This document shows, one piece after another, positions 1 to 14,866 of a stretch of 64,000 nucleotides of DNA (positions within the stretch are counted from its first letter, which is position 1; each line of letters starts with the position of its first letter). Source of the stretch: the human T2T-CHM13v2.0 reference genome, Homo sapiens; the NCBI RefSeq assembly GCF_009914755.1, contig NC_060934.1. The stretch is one strand, 5' to 3'. The notes beneath the pieces were generated by a model that did no database searches, was not told the DNA's origin, and saw only the letters and a program-made list of their open reading frames with translations. The translations under genes were made by a program, and so were the position numbers.

Positions 1-392
1 GAGCTGGAAAAGGGATGGAGTGGGAAGATGATCTTCCCCTCATCAAGGAAGTTCTGATGATCGGCTGTGCCACAGCTCACCTCCTCTCTGAGCACCCCCA
101 GCCAAATTCCTCTCGACACTCAGACACTCCTTCTTTTCTCTCCTTCTCTGCTGCGCTGCTCTTTTGCTCTTCTGCTCTTCTGTTCAACTGCTCATCTGCT
201 TGTGGAGCCTGGGGTTTGGGGTTTATATGGGCATAGGATACAAGGTTGTGACAGGCAAAAAGCCAGCATTTGGGCATGAAAACAGGAATGCCTGTTCCCA
301 TTTGGGATGCTGGTTTCCAGGCTTGAGGGTGGGGCCTTTGCCAGGGAACTGCCCTCTTCTGCCCAGTATTTCCCTGTCTCCTGTTTGTATCA
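1..392 (-). mobile_element. LTR1-family (ERV1, HUERS-P2 type) LTR, 5' part, running off the window start
   Basis: The minus strand from 392 reads TGATACAAACAGGAGACAGGGAAATACTGGGCAGAAGAGGGCAGTTCCCTGGCAAAGGCCCCACCCTCAAGCCTGG, matching the LTR1 5' end. It is homologous to 3023-3400. Confidence 0.8.
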
Positions 393-1549
393 GTAGGACT
401 TGCTGCAAGTCACCTAAGGTGGGCTCGACATCACAGCCTCTCATTTTGAATTAGTGAAAAAAGTCCTGCGGACAAAAGTGGTTGAAAGTATTTGGATGGC
501 TCCAGCACCTCTGTGTGGATTTTAAAAGAAATATCTGATGAGAAGAGGGCACACTCATGCTTGTCCTCTTTTGTCACTAATGTGAGTGAAGATAGATAAG
601 TCACTTCACTTCCTCTTGGGACTCTGGTCCCCTCAATTATGAAGTCAGAGGTTTGGAGTCTTTGGTCCCTTTTGGCACTAAATAAAGAGCTCAGATGATA
701 CATATGCAGGTGACACTTAGACTTGGTCCCTGAGGCTACCTGCCCATGTGGCCAGGTCTGCTTTGGATGGCAGAGGGGAGTTAGGAGTTTTCATAGAAGA
801 CTTGGAAATGTTGGGTAGGGAAACTCTGGCACCCCAGGCTGCATTGTGTTGAGAGTGGGACAAAAAGAGCACAAAACAGAGGTTGTACGTCTATGGGCAA
901 AAGTTTCCTGTTTTCAGAGACCCATGGTGTCAGGGCCCGGGAAGTCCCACAGAGTAGCAATGCCCTGTCCAACCTCACCTACTGCAGAGCAGCACTGGGA
1001 CCCAGGGAGATGAAGCAACACTTTGTTCAGACGTAGAGAAGGACAGAGCCACAGGCCAGGACCAGTCCCCTTCTTTCCCTCAAAGCACATTGCTCTTCTT
1101 TCTATCTGGTAGGTGACAGACATCAGGAGTTACCAACGTGCCAAGGTGCACCTAAGGCCAGCTGGACCATGGTGATACTTCTTCCCAGTGTGACACATGA
1201 TTTAGGGGAATTCCCCAAACCCTTCTATCAAAAATGAAAATGGGCAGTCAATACGCCACCAAGAACATCTGGGTTCAGAACAATGATTTGTTCTAGGCTC
1301 AGAAGATTGATCAAGTTTTCATAAGGAAGAATGAATTACACTTAATAAGGATATTTAAACTTGGCTAGAATCTGTACTGGAAAGGAATTAATACCTCCCT
1401 GCTCATGCGAGCCTTGTTTCAGGACCAGGGGAGTTAGACTTTCAGTCTGGCTCTTGCCATTTTCTGATTATCGGACCTTGAGAATATCAGAGAAACATTA
1501 TCTGCCCAATAGAATTAAATTACAGTTTGATTAATGGTAATATAATTAT

Positions 1550-1790
1550 CATTAAAGTGTAATAAGAGCTCCCATTTGTGGAGCATTTTGCATTACTTTA
1601 TGTTTACTTTACATTCCTGTAATCCTCATAACAATCCTCAAAGTAGATGTGATGTTTTCCATTCAATAGACAGGAAATGGAGGCTCAGAGAATTTAAGTA
1701 ACTTGCACAAGGTCACAGAGCTACAATGTGGCAAAGCTGGATTTTACATTCCCATCTCTTTAACTCCAAAGCACAAGTTCTCAACCACCA
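1550..1790 (-). mobile_element. MIR SINE
   Basis: MIR core in reverse: gaaatggaggctcagagaatttaagtaacttgcacaaggtcacagagct. Confidence 0.75.
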
Positions 1791-3022
1791 TGCAGTATCA
1801 TACTGCCTCCCCCATGGACTCATTACATGACCCCCCTGTTACCCATATCCTAGGCTTGCTGCGAGGTTAACTTATGTGTATCCAGCCTCATACATTGATG
1901 GCAGAAAGTCTCTGTTCTGGATACTGAACCCTCACCCTTTATCTTGAACTCTGGTCATCTTGAATTTTTTGATGAGACCTTAGAGAAGTGATTGACCTAT
2001 TTGGATCTCACTGTTGAGTTGTAAAATGGAGAAAGGTTACTCGCTTTCCTTGAAGATTGGGGCTGGGAGAGATGACCTCTTGAGCTTCCCAACCCGAAGT
2101 GTCATCAGAGAGTTTTGGCAGGGACTGTGTGGTAGTCTCCAAACCCATGCTCCTGTCTTCCTATGAACATACACCATATCCATAAGCCTCCCTTAGTTCC
2201 AACTTTCTGGCCAATTTCTCTTAATCCCTGTTTTCTATTTCCAGAGGAAACATGGCCAGTGGGTATAGTGAAAAAAATTAAGATAACAAAAACAGTGACT
2301 AACATTTACTGGGTATGTAGAATGTTCAAGGGTCTGTGCTAATCACTTTGCAATAAAAACAAAGTAAATCAAGACAACAATGAACCCTATTCTGTGGTCC
2401 AACCACAAAGTGGACCTTGCATCCATTCCCTTTAAACCCTTACCACTCAGCTACTTAAGCCCAAATTCTGACCCATGATGTTCCACAGCATGCACCATTG
2501 CACTGGGTCTACAGGCATTGAGCAGTTATATCCTCATGCTCCGAATCTCATTGCTGTTTTTTCTTCTTTCTTTGAAACTCTCATTTTCCAAGTACCAGGA
2601 TCTCTGTTTACTAATCAATAAGAAAACAACAGGTTAAAATAACTCATACTATTGTTAATGGCTTATAACAGCTTAATATGCTACCCTTCCTAGACATATT
2701 TACTTAAAAAAGAGGACATTTGTTAATTGAAAGGAGTTAATGTACTAATGCTGAGAGTGTAGCCCATGACAGAAGGCACATTACACATGATTAAGATATC
2801 AGGATTGGTTCTAGGCTATTTGGGGGATTGGAAATATTGAAGAAACAAGGAGATTCCAAAATCCCAGGCCTATTCTGAATGCCAAACACTCCTGAGAGAC
2901 AAGGCAGGAGGCACGGGGGGACAGATGGTGTGGCACAGTGCAGTGGAGGCACCATGAAAAGATGAATAAGGTGTTGAATGCTCTCAGCCAAGCCATGGCA
3001 GCAAGAGCAACTAGACTCTCTG

Positions 3023-3777
3023 TGATACGAACAGGAGACAGGGAAGCAATGGGTAGAAGAGGGGGGTTCCCCAGCAAAGGTCCCACCCTCAGGCCTGGAG
3101 ACTTGTGGCCCTAAATGGGGACAGGCATTCCTGTTTTCATGTCCAAAAAGCTGCCTTTTGGCCAGCCATGTCCTCTATCCTGTACCCATATAAACCCTGA
3201 GCCCCAGGCTCCAGAAGCAGATGAACAGATGAGGAGACTAGGAGACAAGCAGACAAATGGCAGAGCAGAGAAAGAGAGAAGAGAAGGAATGCCTGAATGC
3301 TGAGAGGAGTTCGGCTGGCCAAACTCCAAGGGAAGATCACCTTCCCACTCCATCCCCCTTCCAACTCCCCATCCATCTCACTGACAGCCACCTCTACCAC
3401 TCAATAAAACCCCACATTCATCCTCTGAGTCCATATGTGACCTGATTCTCCCAGAAGACTGGACAAGAGCTCAGGATACAGAAAGCTGTCACACTGGCCC
3501 TCTGCCCTTGCAGAAAGGCAGAGAGGACACTGAGCTGGTTAACACTTAAGCTATCTGTGGATGGCAGAGCTAAAAGAGCTTTATAACACTGGAGTCGCAG
3601 GCACCCACCCCTAGATACTACCACAAGGTCAAAGCCCAAAGAGCTCGCCCCAGCTCCTGCACCTGCCTGTATGCATGCTCCCCCTCCTGCAAGGGGTTTG
3701 AGCTCTTGGTGGTCAAACAGAGAGCTGCACTCCCATTGCATGCCCTGAGAAGGGGGCCAGGGTACTCTCCTGTTTCA
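3023..3777 (+). mobile_element. Solo LTR1-family LTR (ERV1)
   Basis: TGATAC...TGTTTCA termini, 4-bp TSD TCTG (3019-3022 and 3778-3781), TATAAA near 3189 and AATAAA at 3403. Confidence 0.88.
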
Positions 3778-4739
3778 TCTGGACCTTGGTTCGTGACTTT
3801 GACATCGGCAGATGGGGCCAGGTGACCTGTCACCTCTTTCAGCACAAGTGTTCTGAGCTGTCATGCTCCCTCCTAATCTCCTTGGGCTAATAGGATGGCA
3901 CTCTCTCCCCTTACCCTGCTCAATTTTTCTGTATTGTGCTTGCTACCCTGTGACATTGATTACATCGTATTTTGTTTACTGATTTGTTTACTGTGTCTTC
4001 CTCACTAACATATTAGTTCTAGGAGAGTTCCCTTCTCTCCTCTAGCCCAAATGAGCCACTCTAGAGGCCAGAAGAACAATTTGACCTTGGGCACTACTGA
4101 GTAGTGTTATTCTCAAAGAGGTTCACACAAGGAAGCTTATTATGTCTTCCACTTACAGGTGAAAAATGCTACTTATAGTGGTGCTAAGCCCAGAGAAAGA
4201 GCACGTAAGTCAAGGCAGTTCCCAGGAAATGGATCTGAGATCCTGCCGATGGCAGGGTCTCTAGCAATAACTTTGCCGATGGGTCATTTTGTCAGTGTGG
4301 ACTTAAGGTCTTAGAGTGGTTGATACCCTCTACCCTAGCAAATTGTCTTCCAGGAATGTATCTTCTGGAAATTATCAAGAATCTATTCTCCCTAAGTATC
4401 CCTGCTTTAATTAAATGACAAGGATGCTTGAAACAGGAGAAAATGGGGAAAAACCCACTGAAAGGAATTGATTAAATTAATTACAGTTAAACCATTTTGA
4501 TGGATTACCATGTAGCCATTAAGTGAAAAAGACAGCTTACAAAACAATATGACCTGAGTTTTGTAATAAGAAATAGTAGATACAGGCTCAAGCAAAGCAA
4601 AATTTTAATGACTTCTTTGGGTGGTAAAACTACGTAAAGTTTTAAAGGTTTTCCCCACGCCTTTCCGAATTGCCTGACAATTTTTATTACAGATACATAT
4701 GAATTCACAACCCAAAAGAAAGATGAAGTTTGTTAAATG

Positions 4740-4900
4740 TAAGAGTTCCTGTCCTGGCTGTCTTGGCCCCAGATGTGTGATCTTGAGCAAGCTGCCTGAT
4801 GCCTCTGTCCTCTCTCTGTTGCCTCATCTGTAAAATGGGAACAAAATCATGGATCCATTCGTTATTATGGGGCTGTTGTTAGGTTCAAAGGAGAAAGTAA
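4740..4900 (+). mobile_element. MIR SINE
   Basis: Core tgtgtgatcttgagcaag...cctcatctgtaaaatggg. Confidence 0.7.
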
Positions 4901-6379
4901 AGACAAGGGGGTTTTATAAACATTAACCATATGGACATGATTATACACTTCATACATTTAAAACTATGCCTCTATTATAAGACAGAGGAGCACTGAAGTA
5001 CTGCAATGGTAGGTAGCATTGAGATTAATGGGCCCAAATCATTTCCACTACATTATAGTATTATCCTGAGAGGATGTCCATGAAGGTTTGGAATGTTTAT
5101 TGCTATATAATGTCTCTTTTCCATGATAAACTGTTAGTCTGTTTTGAGTCTGAGGCAAAAACATAACACTCTTTCTTTGTATGAGGTGGACTTTTACCCT
5201 TTAAAGCATAAACCTTCTCTCTGATACAAGCATTTTCTTTTCTACTAAGAAATGTGCATGAAAACAGAATGCCACTTCTCTTTGTCTTCAATGGAATATT
5301 CAACCAATAGGATGAATGGAAACATTTTGAAATGTGGCAAGTTTTCTTTCTGGAGTTGCCCATGGTTAGTGGGTAATTTGGATCCAGTCGTAGAGCATAA
5401 GGAAGCATAAATTATAACCAAAATGAGACCACTGGAGACAATGAAGGAAACTGCTATTATAAAAAAAAAAATGCTGAGCGGGAGAAACATTTGGGGAATG
5501 GAAATTAGGGCAGGTTTTGAAATATTTTCAAACCCGTTTACTACCATCTGTTAGGAGTCTATGCTGCTCAAGATTGATCGTTTCCTATCTATGAAATCCT
5601 CTGGCTTTGGAAAACAAATTCGGTGAGAGATGATTAACTTCCCTTTTAATGGCAAAGAGGTAAAGTAGAGACATGGTGTGACAGGCTTGGAACCAGAATT
5701 GTGGGGACAGCGATTCAAGAATGCCTCTGCCTGCATTTTAATAAAAGGTAGGAGGGATTTTTGAAGCTCTTTTCGGTCCTAAAACCTGTTCCACCACTGT
5801 GTTCCTTCACTGAGAAGCGGTACTGCTGCAGACGAAGCAGCTGTTTAGGAGGAAAATCAGACCCCAGGAAGCCACTTCTGCTGTGAAGCCATTTGCATAG
5901 GGCATCCCGCAAGGTCAGTTGGTTGCAGAATCTTTTGCATAATTCCTGAAAATGAAGGCAGTTTAGCATTTGGATCCATTTATCAGATTGTGGAGTTAAA
6001 AAAAAATCAGTAAACAGAATCAGATTGCGTTGCAAAAATGGAAATCAAACAGAAAACAAGGACTATCTTGCAGCAAAATGATGTCTTGACTTGGGTTTTT
6101 AGAGATTAATGAAGTCATAAAACAAACAATTTGTATTAGCAGAAGTGCCTCCTTGTCCCCCAAAGGGCCAGCTCAATTGAAATGGAGATGCTCCTCTGGA
6201 TTTCCCAAGAGCCGCACTTCTCACCATTCACAATTCACCTGTCCTCAACCCTCCATCGCTTCCCTATGTTACCCGGAATAAGATTGCGTGTTTGTGTGTG
6301 TCAGTGTGTCCTGGCGTCCGGTCCTCTAAGACTCCATCTGAGCTTCCTCTTTCCTAGGCACACTTGACAGACTTAAGCT

Positions 6380-6685
6380 GGTTCCCACTGGGGCACTATC
6401 TTCCTGGCTATTGCCTCTGGCTAGAAAACACTTTCAACAAATGGCCAGTCCCCTCAATTCATTTAGATCTCATCATAAGAAAACTTTCCTGATCACCTAT
6501 TAAGTTAGAGCCCCTTCCTCATTTCCTTTGGAGTGACTTCCACTGACTGTATTTATTTATCTGCTGTCTGCTTCACCCTCCAAAATGTAAGCCCCACAGA
6601 GGCAGCGCTAGTTCTGCTCACCCTGTAGTCCCAGTACGAAGCAAAAGGCACAGGCATGGTAAATCGGAGTCTATCGTTCATTCCC
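6380..6685. mobile_element. Probable L2 3' fragment
   Basis: L2-like phrases (atttatctgctgtctgcttcaccctccaaaatgtaagcccc...ggcacaggcatggtaaat...ttcattc). Highly diverged. Confidence 0.5.
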
Positions 6686-6699
6686 TTCCACATCCCCAC

Positions 6700-7095
6700 A
6701 GTATGGCATGTCCCTGCCATCTTGCTCTTCACTTGGCTGTGCAACGTGCTTTGACCTCATTGTGTATAGGGTGTATTTCCCCGCCCCTTGACTTTGGCTC
6801 TAACCACGTCTTGCTCTGGCCTATGGAATTTTAGTGGATGTGGACACATAGACATCCAGTTCTGCTTGCCCCTTTGTGAGTCTGTCTTTGCCATGAGAAG
6901 AACATGACTCCAGAAGCTGCAGGCACTAGGAGATGAGAGACGGGTGAGCCCCCCTGGACCCGGCCCAGCCAAGTCCGTCCTAAACCAACTGGGTTCCAGT
7001 TGACTCAAAAACACATGAGCAGGAAATAGACGCTCTTTGTTGTGTGCCACTAGGGCTTTATTGTTGTTTTTTACACAGCAAAAGTTGACAGATAA
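6700..7095 (+). mobile_element. MLT1 (ERVL-MaLR) LTR, old subfamily
   Basis: ccccttgactttggctctaaccacgt..., gccatgagaagaacatg, and 3' end tgtgtgccactagggc...cagcaaaagttgacagata. Confidence 0.65.
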
Positions 7096-7448
7096 AAGAG
7101 GTCCAGAATATTTATTCAATGAGTTAACAGTTAAGGTTTTAGTATTCAAAAAATGACTAACCTATGAATGCAAAAGAAAAACTTTACATGTTAAAAAAAC
7201 ATACCAAATTAAACACAAAACCCAAGTATGCAGGATGTGTTATGTATGGTTCTAGACTTTTGCTCACATGAAAGGGAGACAAAACAAGAAATGTCCATGG
7301 CCCTGGGATGAAGGTTTGATAGCACACACTCTTTTCAACGAAGCTGATCTGGTTTAAAGAAAGAGAGAACCCAGAACAGCTGGTCCTGGTGCCTCAGTGC
7401 CCGTGATTACAACACACAGCAAGCAGCCCCGTGTTTCTTTTAACACTG

Positions 7449-7855
7449 GATGTGTGTGTGTGTGTGTGTATCTCTGTGTGTGTGTCTTGTGCATCTGTGT
7501 GTCTGTGTGGGTGTCTGTGTGTGTGTATCTGTGTATATGTGTGTTTGTGTATATGTCTCTGTGTGTGTGTCTGTGTGTGTTTGTGTGTCTGTGTGTCTAT
7601 GTGTGTGTGCATTTGTGTGTAGGCCTCTGTGTGTATGTTTGTGTGTCTCTGTGTGTGTCTGTATGCGTGTGTCTGAGTGTATTTCTGTGTCTCTGTGTGT
7701 GTTTATGTGTATGCCTCTGTGTGTGTGTCTGTGTGTGTCTCTGTGTGTGTGTCTGTGTGCGTATCTTTGTGTGTGTGTCTCTGTATGTGTGTGTGTGTCT
7801 CCGTGTGTGTCTGTGTGTATATCTGTGTGTACACACATGGGCCTGTTTGTGTGTA
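7449..7855. repeat. Degenerate (TG)n low-complexity tract
   Basis: About 400 bp of tgtg/tctg/tatg units. It produces the spurious C/V- and H/T-rich ORFs. Confidence 0.95.
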
Positions 7856-9683
7856 TTGGGGTAAGGAAGACAGGAAGGCAGTCATAAATGGATTGAAGGA
7901 AAGAAAGAAATCCCCAAATTGAAAAACTACTTTTTAATAACATGTTGTACACCAAAATTGAATTAGACTACTATTAATCTTGTCATTGATATTGGTAGAG
8001 ACACATACATTGATATATTTTAAATACAGATGAATACTTTATTTAGAAATACATGTTTCCTTTTAAGTAGAGGCAATAGTACATTTTCAAAGCACTCAAA
8101 TAGTAAAACTGTCTAACAGTCCATTAAGAACAGTTTCTTTTAATCAGAAAAAACGCACCATCTTTGCATTTTTGAAGAATTTTCAGAAAAAGAACTATTA
8201 CAGCTTCTCTAAGAACACTATCTATGTAGGCATCTTTTGTAGATGTCATGTTATTCAGTATTTTTACTACCCTTAAAAAGAAAAAGAGAAGCCAGAAACA
8301 AGGCAATACTGTCCATTTTAAAGAATTCTGAACTCAAAACGGCTCTATTGTCAAAGTGTCTCTGAGTTTTACTGCAATCAAATTCCTGGGGGATTCAGAG
8401 GATTAGTGAAGTTTCGGTTTGTAGGTTTTCCAGTTACTGACCTTTTTTGGAGGCACCTCTAAGCTGCAGGGTTTCGCCAGTTGTGCAATACAGCCAGCCA
8501 TAATACGAACCCAGCACTATTGCATCAGTAGAAACGGGAATCAGACCATGATCCAAAGCATGATGTACCACGGGTGCCAGTTTCTGAAAACCCATAAATC
8601 TTGGAGCATCCCTAGAATGTATTCAGTTTCTGGTGGAAGAATTGCTGCATAGTTGCCAAACCTGCCTTCTGCTCTCTCGAATGTTCTTTGTCAGGAAGAT
8701 ATCATCAACGGAGGAAAAAATGCAAACGCTTTTGACTATAGTCATGGACATTTCTGTGACGAGAACATTATTTTGTCATTATGATAATCGGATAAATGTG
8801 GTTTGTTTGGTTCAGAAAGATGTAAGAATTTTTGGCCTAATTATAGAATTTACATTTTAAATGGGAAACATATGGGTATATATTTAGATATGACATAACA
8901 TCCTCAAGTGTATAAAAAGCAACAATCTGACAGATGTTCACAGAGAATTGTATACAGAAGAAATATCAGGTGCAATGTAAGTGATAGCAGCCGCTAGAAT
9001 TTGACTTTATTGCCAAGGAAGAGAGGAGAGAGCTTAACTTCTGTGTTGCCTCCGCTTGATCATTGTATTTTTCAAATTAACTTTCCCCCAAAGATAATTT
9101 TTTCCTGCCAAGGCAGGTCTTATGAGGAGTTGGAATAGGTTGGTTTCAGCACTCGATGTGTTTTTCTGGGATGCGGGGATAGCCTTAGTGCCAATAAAAC
9201 AAACTCTCTTTATTCTAAAGTGAGTGATTAAAATCATCTCATCATTTTTAAGGTCTTTGGTGCTTGTTATATTAAAATATCCCTAAAACAGTGACTTTTT
9301 AATGTTTTCTCCAACTTTTCAAACTTAATATAACTGAGGAAGCTTAGTGATCAAATCATTGTTGTATGAAAGAATATAGTACCAGGAATGTTATTGCAGT
9401 GCTGGAGGTCAGAGCAAAATACTAAGGACATTTAGTGCCCTAAATGTCTAGCAACAGGGCACTGGTTAAATAAATCAGCCTACTTCAATATAATGGCATG
9501 CTGTATAGCCATGGGAAAAAATAACATTAAAGAGGGATTTTTACGTAACAAGAACATATTCACAACGTGCAAAGTGAAAAGGCAAGTTATAAAACAATAT
9601 AACCACTGCGAACAGGCAAAAAGGAAGTGTACCAACAGGTTGATAGTTGTTATCTTAGGCGTTGGAGCTATAAATAACTTTTT

Positions 9684-9976
9684 TTTAAGAGACAGGATCT
9701 CGCTCTGTGGCCCAGGCTGGGGTGCCGTGGCGTGATCATAGCTCACTGCAGCTTCAACCTCCTGGGCTCAAGCGATCCTCCAGCCTCAGCCCCCAGAGTA
9801 GCTTGGGATTATAATAGGTCTGTGCCACCATGCCTCATTTTTTAATTTCAAAATTTTTATGTAGAGACTGGGTGTCACTAAGCTGCCCATGATTATCTGA
9901 ACTCCTGGGCTCAAGCAATCCTCCCCTCATCCTCCCAAAGTGCTGAGATTACAGGCATGGGCCACCACACTTGGGC
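9684..9976 (-). mobile_element. AluJ
   Basis: Alu dimer with AluJ-type diagnostics (gatcatagctcactgcagcttcaacctcctgggctcaagcgatcc). TSD ataaataa(c/t)ttt at ~9670 and ~9977. Confidence 0.9.
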
Positions 9977-10506
9977 ATAAATAATTTTAATGATCCTTAT
10001 ATATGATCCATATATAGAGAGACAGCATAAATTTTCTGCAAGTGAAATGATATAAATCATAATATATCATGTCTGCCCATGGTGAGTAGCCAATAAATGC
10101 TAGCATTTATGATTATGGTTATTATGAGAACAATAATACATTTAATACACTGTTTATAAATAAATTATAACATTTATTTTTTATAAAATAAAAGAGTCAT
10201 CATTTTTTAAAACTCCATTTAAATTCCTGAGGTCAGGTTTGTCTGGTGTATGTGTGTGGTGGAAGAGGGAGGTGGGGTCAATTTAGAGGAAGTTTCTGCC
10301 CCTCTTTGGAGATGGATGGGTGGTAACCGAGGAGGGAACAATGAATCAGAAACACCGAAAGCGAACTTGGCATTCTTCTTGGGCTTCTCGGGTCCACTTT
10401 TCTTTGACATTCACGAACCCTGGAGAAGTAATAGGCTAGCTCAGAACATAACAGTCTGTGGGTACTTCCTTCTTAGCATGTATTTCCCTTAAAAATTAAG
10501 CTTGTA

Positions 10507-10846
<340 letters not shown>

Positions 10847-11558
10847 AAGCTTGTAAAGATATCACAGAGCCATGGAAAAGAGACACCTCTACTTACTTCC
10901 TAAAAATACTTTTTCATCCTTTGCATCTTTCCCATAGACTAGGATTTCCATCATACAACAAAAGTTATGTTACTTTTTCCAATTGAAAAAATACATAAAA
11001 ATAATTATATATTGGCTGGTTTTAATCACAACCTTCTGGTATTCCAAGAAAAAAAAAGGAATACCTAATTTACAAGTCAAATTAGTTTGATTATTGTTTT
11101 TGTTATTTTCCCCACCTAAATTTCTCTTTCAGTGTTGCAAAATGTTAGTTAATAACTTAACCAATATTAATAACAACCCAAACTAAGTTTATAAAATGTA
11201 CGTAATTTCTGTAGTTGAAACTATGAAATCTTGGAAAACAAAACCTTTATTTCAAAATAAACTCAAACATTTCAAAACAAAATCAAATTTTTTATTTCAA
11301 AAGCTAATTTAGAAAGTACTACTTCCACACAAGTGAGTTTTTAAAGAAATGACCATCTCAAAAGGTAGTTTATTCTCTGTCATAACTGACTTTACTTTTG
11401 GGATGATGTACAAATGTGTTTTTGTATCTGTTTTTGGTGTGCTAAGAACTTTTTATTAAAATTTCTTGTAGAATGTTTGGAAGCTGTTTTGCAAAGAAAA
11501 TGTCAAATGTGTAGAACATTTTGTAAAACTGTTAAAAAGTGTTAGAGAAAGAAGATTA

Positions 11559-12092
<534 letters not shown>

Positions 12093-12284
12093 CTACCTGC
12101 AAACTCTACCACTTCCAGATGCCATATGTTTTAAAACTTCATTCAGGTACTATAAGAAATGCTGAGCAAACAATTATTGTGCTGGCACAATTTCGGAAAA
12201 GCACAGTGGTCTCAATATTTGTCCATTCTATCCACTAAAACCAGAAATTGTTCATGAGCGAAAAGGGAATTATTCAGAAAATCT

Positions 12285-12898
12285 AGTCACATGGTTTAAA
12301 GATGGCCATAATTTCTTTGACACCATCCATTGAAAGTTGTCTCCTCTCTGCCCATTGAATTCGAATAGGCTAAGTGACCCATTTGTAACCCATAGAATGT
12401 GGCAGAAGTGAAACTGTGTGGCTTCCAAGGCTAGGTCAGAAAGGATGATGCAACATCCGCCTTGTCCCCTTGTCCACTGGAGCATTCACTTTTTGAGCCC
12501 CAAGCTGTGATGCGAGAAGTCTAACCACCTGAAGGCCACCATGCTGTGAGGAAGCCCAAGCCACATGGAGAGAGACCACATGTAGACAGTCTTGCCTACA
12601 GTCCTAGCTTAGCCTAGCCTTGAATCATCCCAGCTCAGGTGACAGATGAAGATCTGTCAATGAAGATGCCCTCACCCCTGAGATGACTGTGGCCCCAGAT
12701 GTTTGTGTCAGTGTTCCAGTCTTCCCACCTGGGCTCCAGGTGTCAAAAAACAGAAAGAATCCATCCCAGCTTTACCATTGTTGAATTCATGTCCAACAGC
12801 ATCCATGAGGCTGATACTGATTTTTTTCATTGCTAAGCATGGGTTTCGGTTTTGTTTCATTTTGCTTTGTTTTCATGCAGAAATAGATGACTGGTACA
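12285..12898 (+). mobile_element. MLT1 (MaLR) LTR, F/G/H-like
   Basis: tagaatgtggcagaagtga...ttccaaggctaggtcagaaagg, gccaccatgctgtgaggaagcccaagcc, and end aaatagatgactggtaca. Confidence 0.7.
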
Positions 12899-14054
12899 TT
12901 GTGTAATTTGAACTTATAGGATAAATACTTGAGGAGATGATATGTTGTAAATATGTTACACTGAAACTGCATTTTATTTCTGAGTCAGAAACATTTAGAT
13001 TATATATTCTTTGTGTTTTAATAAAATATAAAGTTATTAGTTGCTTTTAGTTTTCAGTATAACAGAATCATGGGGCATCTTTTGTTAAGTCTTTATTTGG
13101 AATATTTCAAACTGAACAAAAGAGTGGCTTCTATGACTCGTCTAAGGAATATGATGTGCTGCTTTTTGCTGGACTCTAGCCCCAGTCCTTGGTCATTTCT
13201 GTGTTCAGTTCACCGATAAGTGCTCATCCCTGTGACCTGGCCTTGCTGCTGTAGTGACAGACGCTAATCACATCACAGACCAAACACTTCACTCAGGCAG
13301 TTTAACCGACTGCTCAGCTATGCCAAGGCTCTCCTCGGGGCTACAGGCGGAGCTTGGTTAGTCAATGCTTGTGGGTCTTGTTTCATAGCAAGCTTTTGTT
13401 CCCAATTTAGTTACAAATAAATTTAATTTTTACAGCACTAAGTAGAAAATGAATGTGAAAAAATAAGTTTAAGCTGAAGCAGCTTTAATCTGGATAATTC
13501 TCTTTTATTGCAATAACGCTTCAAATAAATAGGCTGACCTATCTATTTTTTACCTAATTATCTCTGAAAAGAGAAAGTCACTCTGTTTATAAGGACATTC
13601 AAAGTACTTTCTTTGGCTCTTGTATTCAGTTGTTATTTCAAAATTCAAAAAGATTCCTTTGTCTTTATAAACATAGAGCCTAAACCACTAAGTTATCAGC
13701 TTTTGAGGAAAGTTTTTTGAATCGTTACGATCCAGCATTTATAAATAGAAATGTGAACTTTGACTGGAGAAAATGTTTATAGTTTTCCAGAATGCTTAGA
13801 ACATCTGTATTAGTCCTGTACTTTCATTGCCTTATAATCATTGCCATGTAGTAATGCCAACTACAAATTATGAAATATTTCAAATATACATACAAGACTC
13901 CGCTAGTGGCAAATTCTGGTAACTGGGCTGCCCTGTAAACATGAGAACAGAGTCTGGGATTCACAGCAGAAGTTCTACCAACACAAGCTCAAACGGGGGA
14001 TGAGAGGGGTCAGGATTCACTGTAAAACAGCGATTTTTAAAACATCTTCGCCAC

Positions 14055-14237
14055 AGTTATGGACTGAATTGTGTCTGCCCCAAAATTCACAAGTTGAAGT
14101 CCTAAGCCCCAGCACTTCATAATGTGACCTCATGTGGAGATAAGTCTTTGAACGTCTAATTAGTTAAGATGAGATCATACTTCATGGACAAGGTAGGCCC
14201 TAATATGGCTGACACCCTCATAGAAAGGGGAAATTTG

Positions 14238-14268
<31 letters not shown>

Positions 14269-14515
14269 AACAGCACGTGAAGATGAGGGTGGGGAAAGGA
14301 GTGAACCCAACGGATTCCAAAGATGGCCAGCAAACCCCTGGTAGCCAGGGGAGAGCCCTGGAACGGATTCTTCCTCTCAGCCTCAGAAGCAATCAACCTT
14401 GCCAACACCTGGATTCTGGACGCCCAGCCCCCAGGACTGTAAGACAGCACACTTCTGTTGTTCATGCCACCCAGTCCACAGTACTTTCTTATGGCAGCCC
14501 TAGGAAATGAATACA
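14055..14515 (+). mobile_element. MLT1A/B/C (MaLR) LTR with internal (CA)n
   Basis: Start gttatggactgaattgtgtctgccccaaaattca and end tatggcagccctaggaaatgaataca. (CA)n at ~14238-14266. Confidence 0.8.
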
Positions 14516-14866
14516 CCCGTAATCGGCAGATTTTGATTTAACATGGAAGTTTCTAACGCTCTTTATTTATTTTTTACTCCATAGTGATGGGAGGTGAGAT
14601 AATTACCCAGTGGATTTACAGTCTGTCTAGACAAACTGAATTCATTCAGAGAGCTGTCTCACAGGAATGAAAAACAGCTCTTCCCTCAGCTAACTTGCAT
14701 ATGTACTTGAGATTGTTTGAACACTTCCAAGGTCCACCAAAGGAACACAATCACAGTGTTAATAGGAATCCTGACTGTTGAAGCTCCTCACTAAAGCCAA
14801 ACTCCGTTGGGCCTTTCCCGGTCCTCGGCATCAGGAGCCCGGGCTGCACGTTCTTGTGCCTCATTT

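Noticed and set aside
1-3777. The two LTR1 copies as ends of one provirus
   Set aside because: They are in opposite orientations, the second has its own TSD, and there is no internal viral sequence between them.
7394-7955. Long C/V- and H/T-rich ORFs (up to 171 aa)
   Set aside because: These are translations of a degenerate TG repeat that lacks stop codons.
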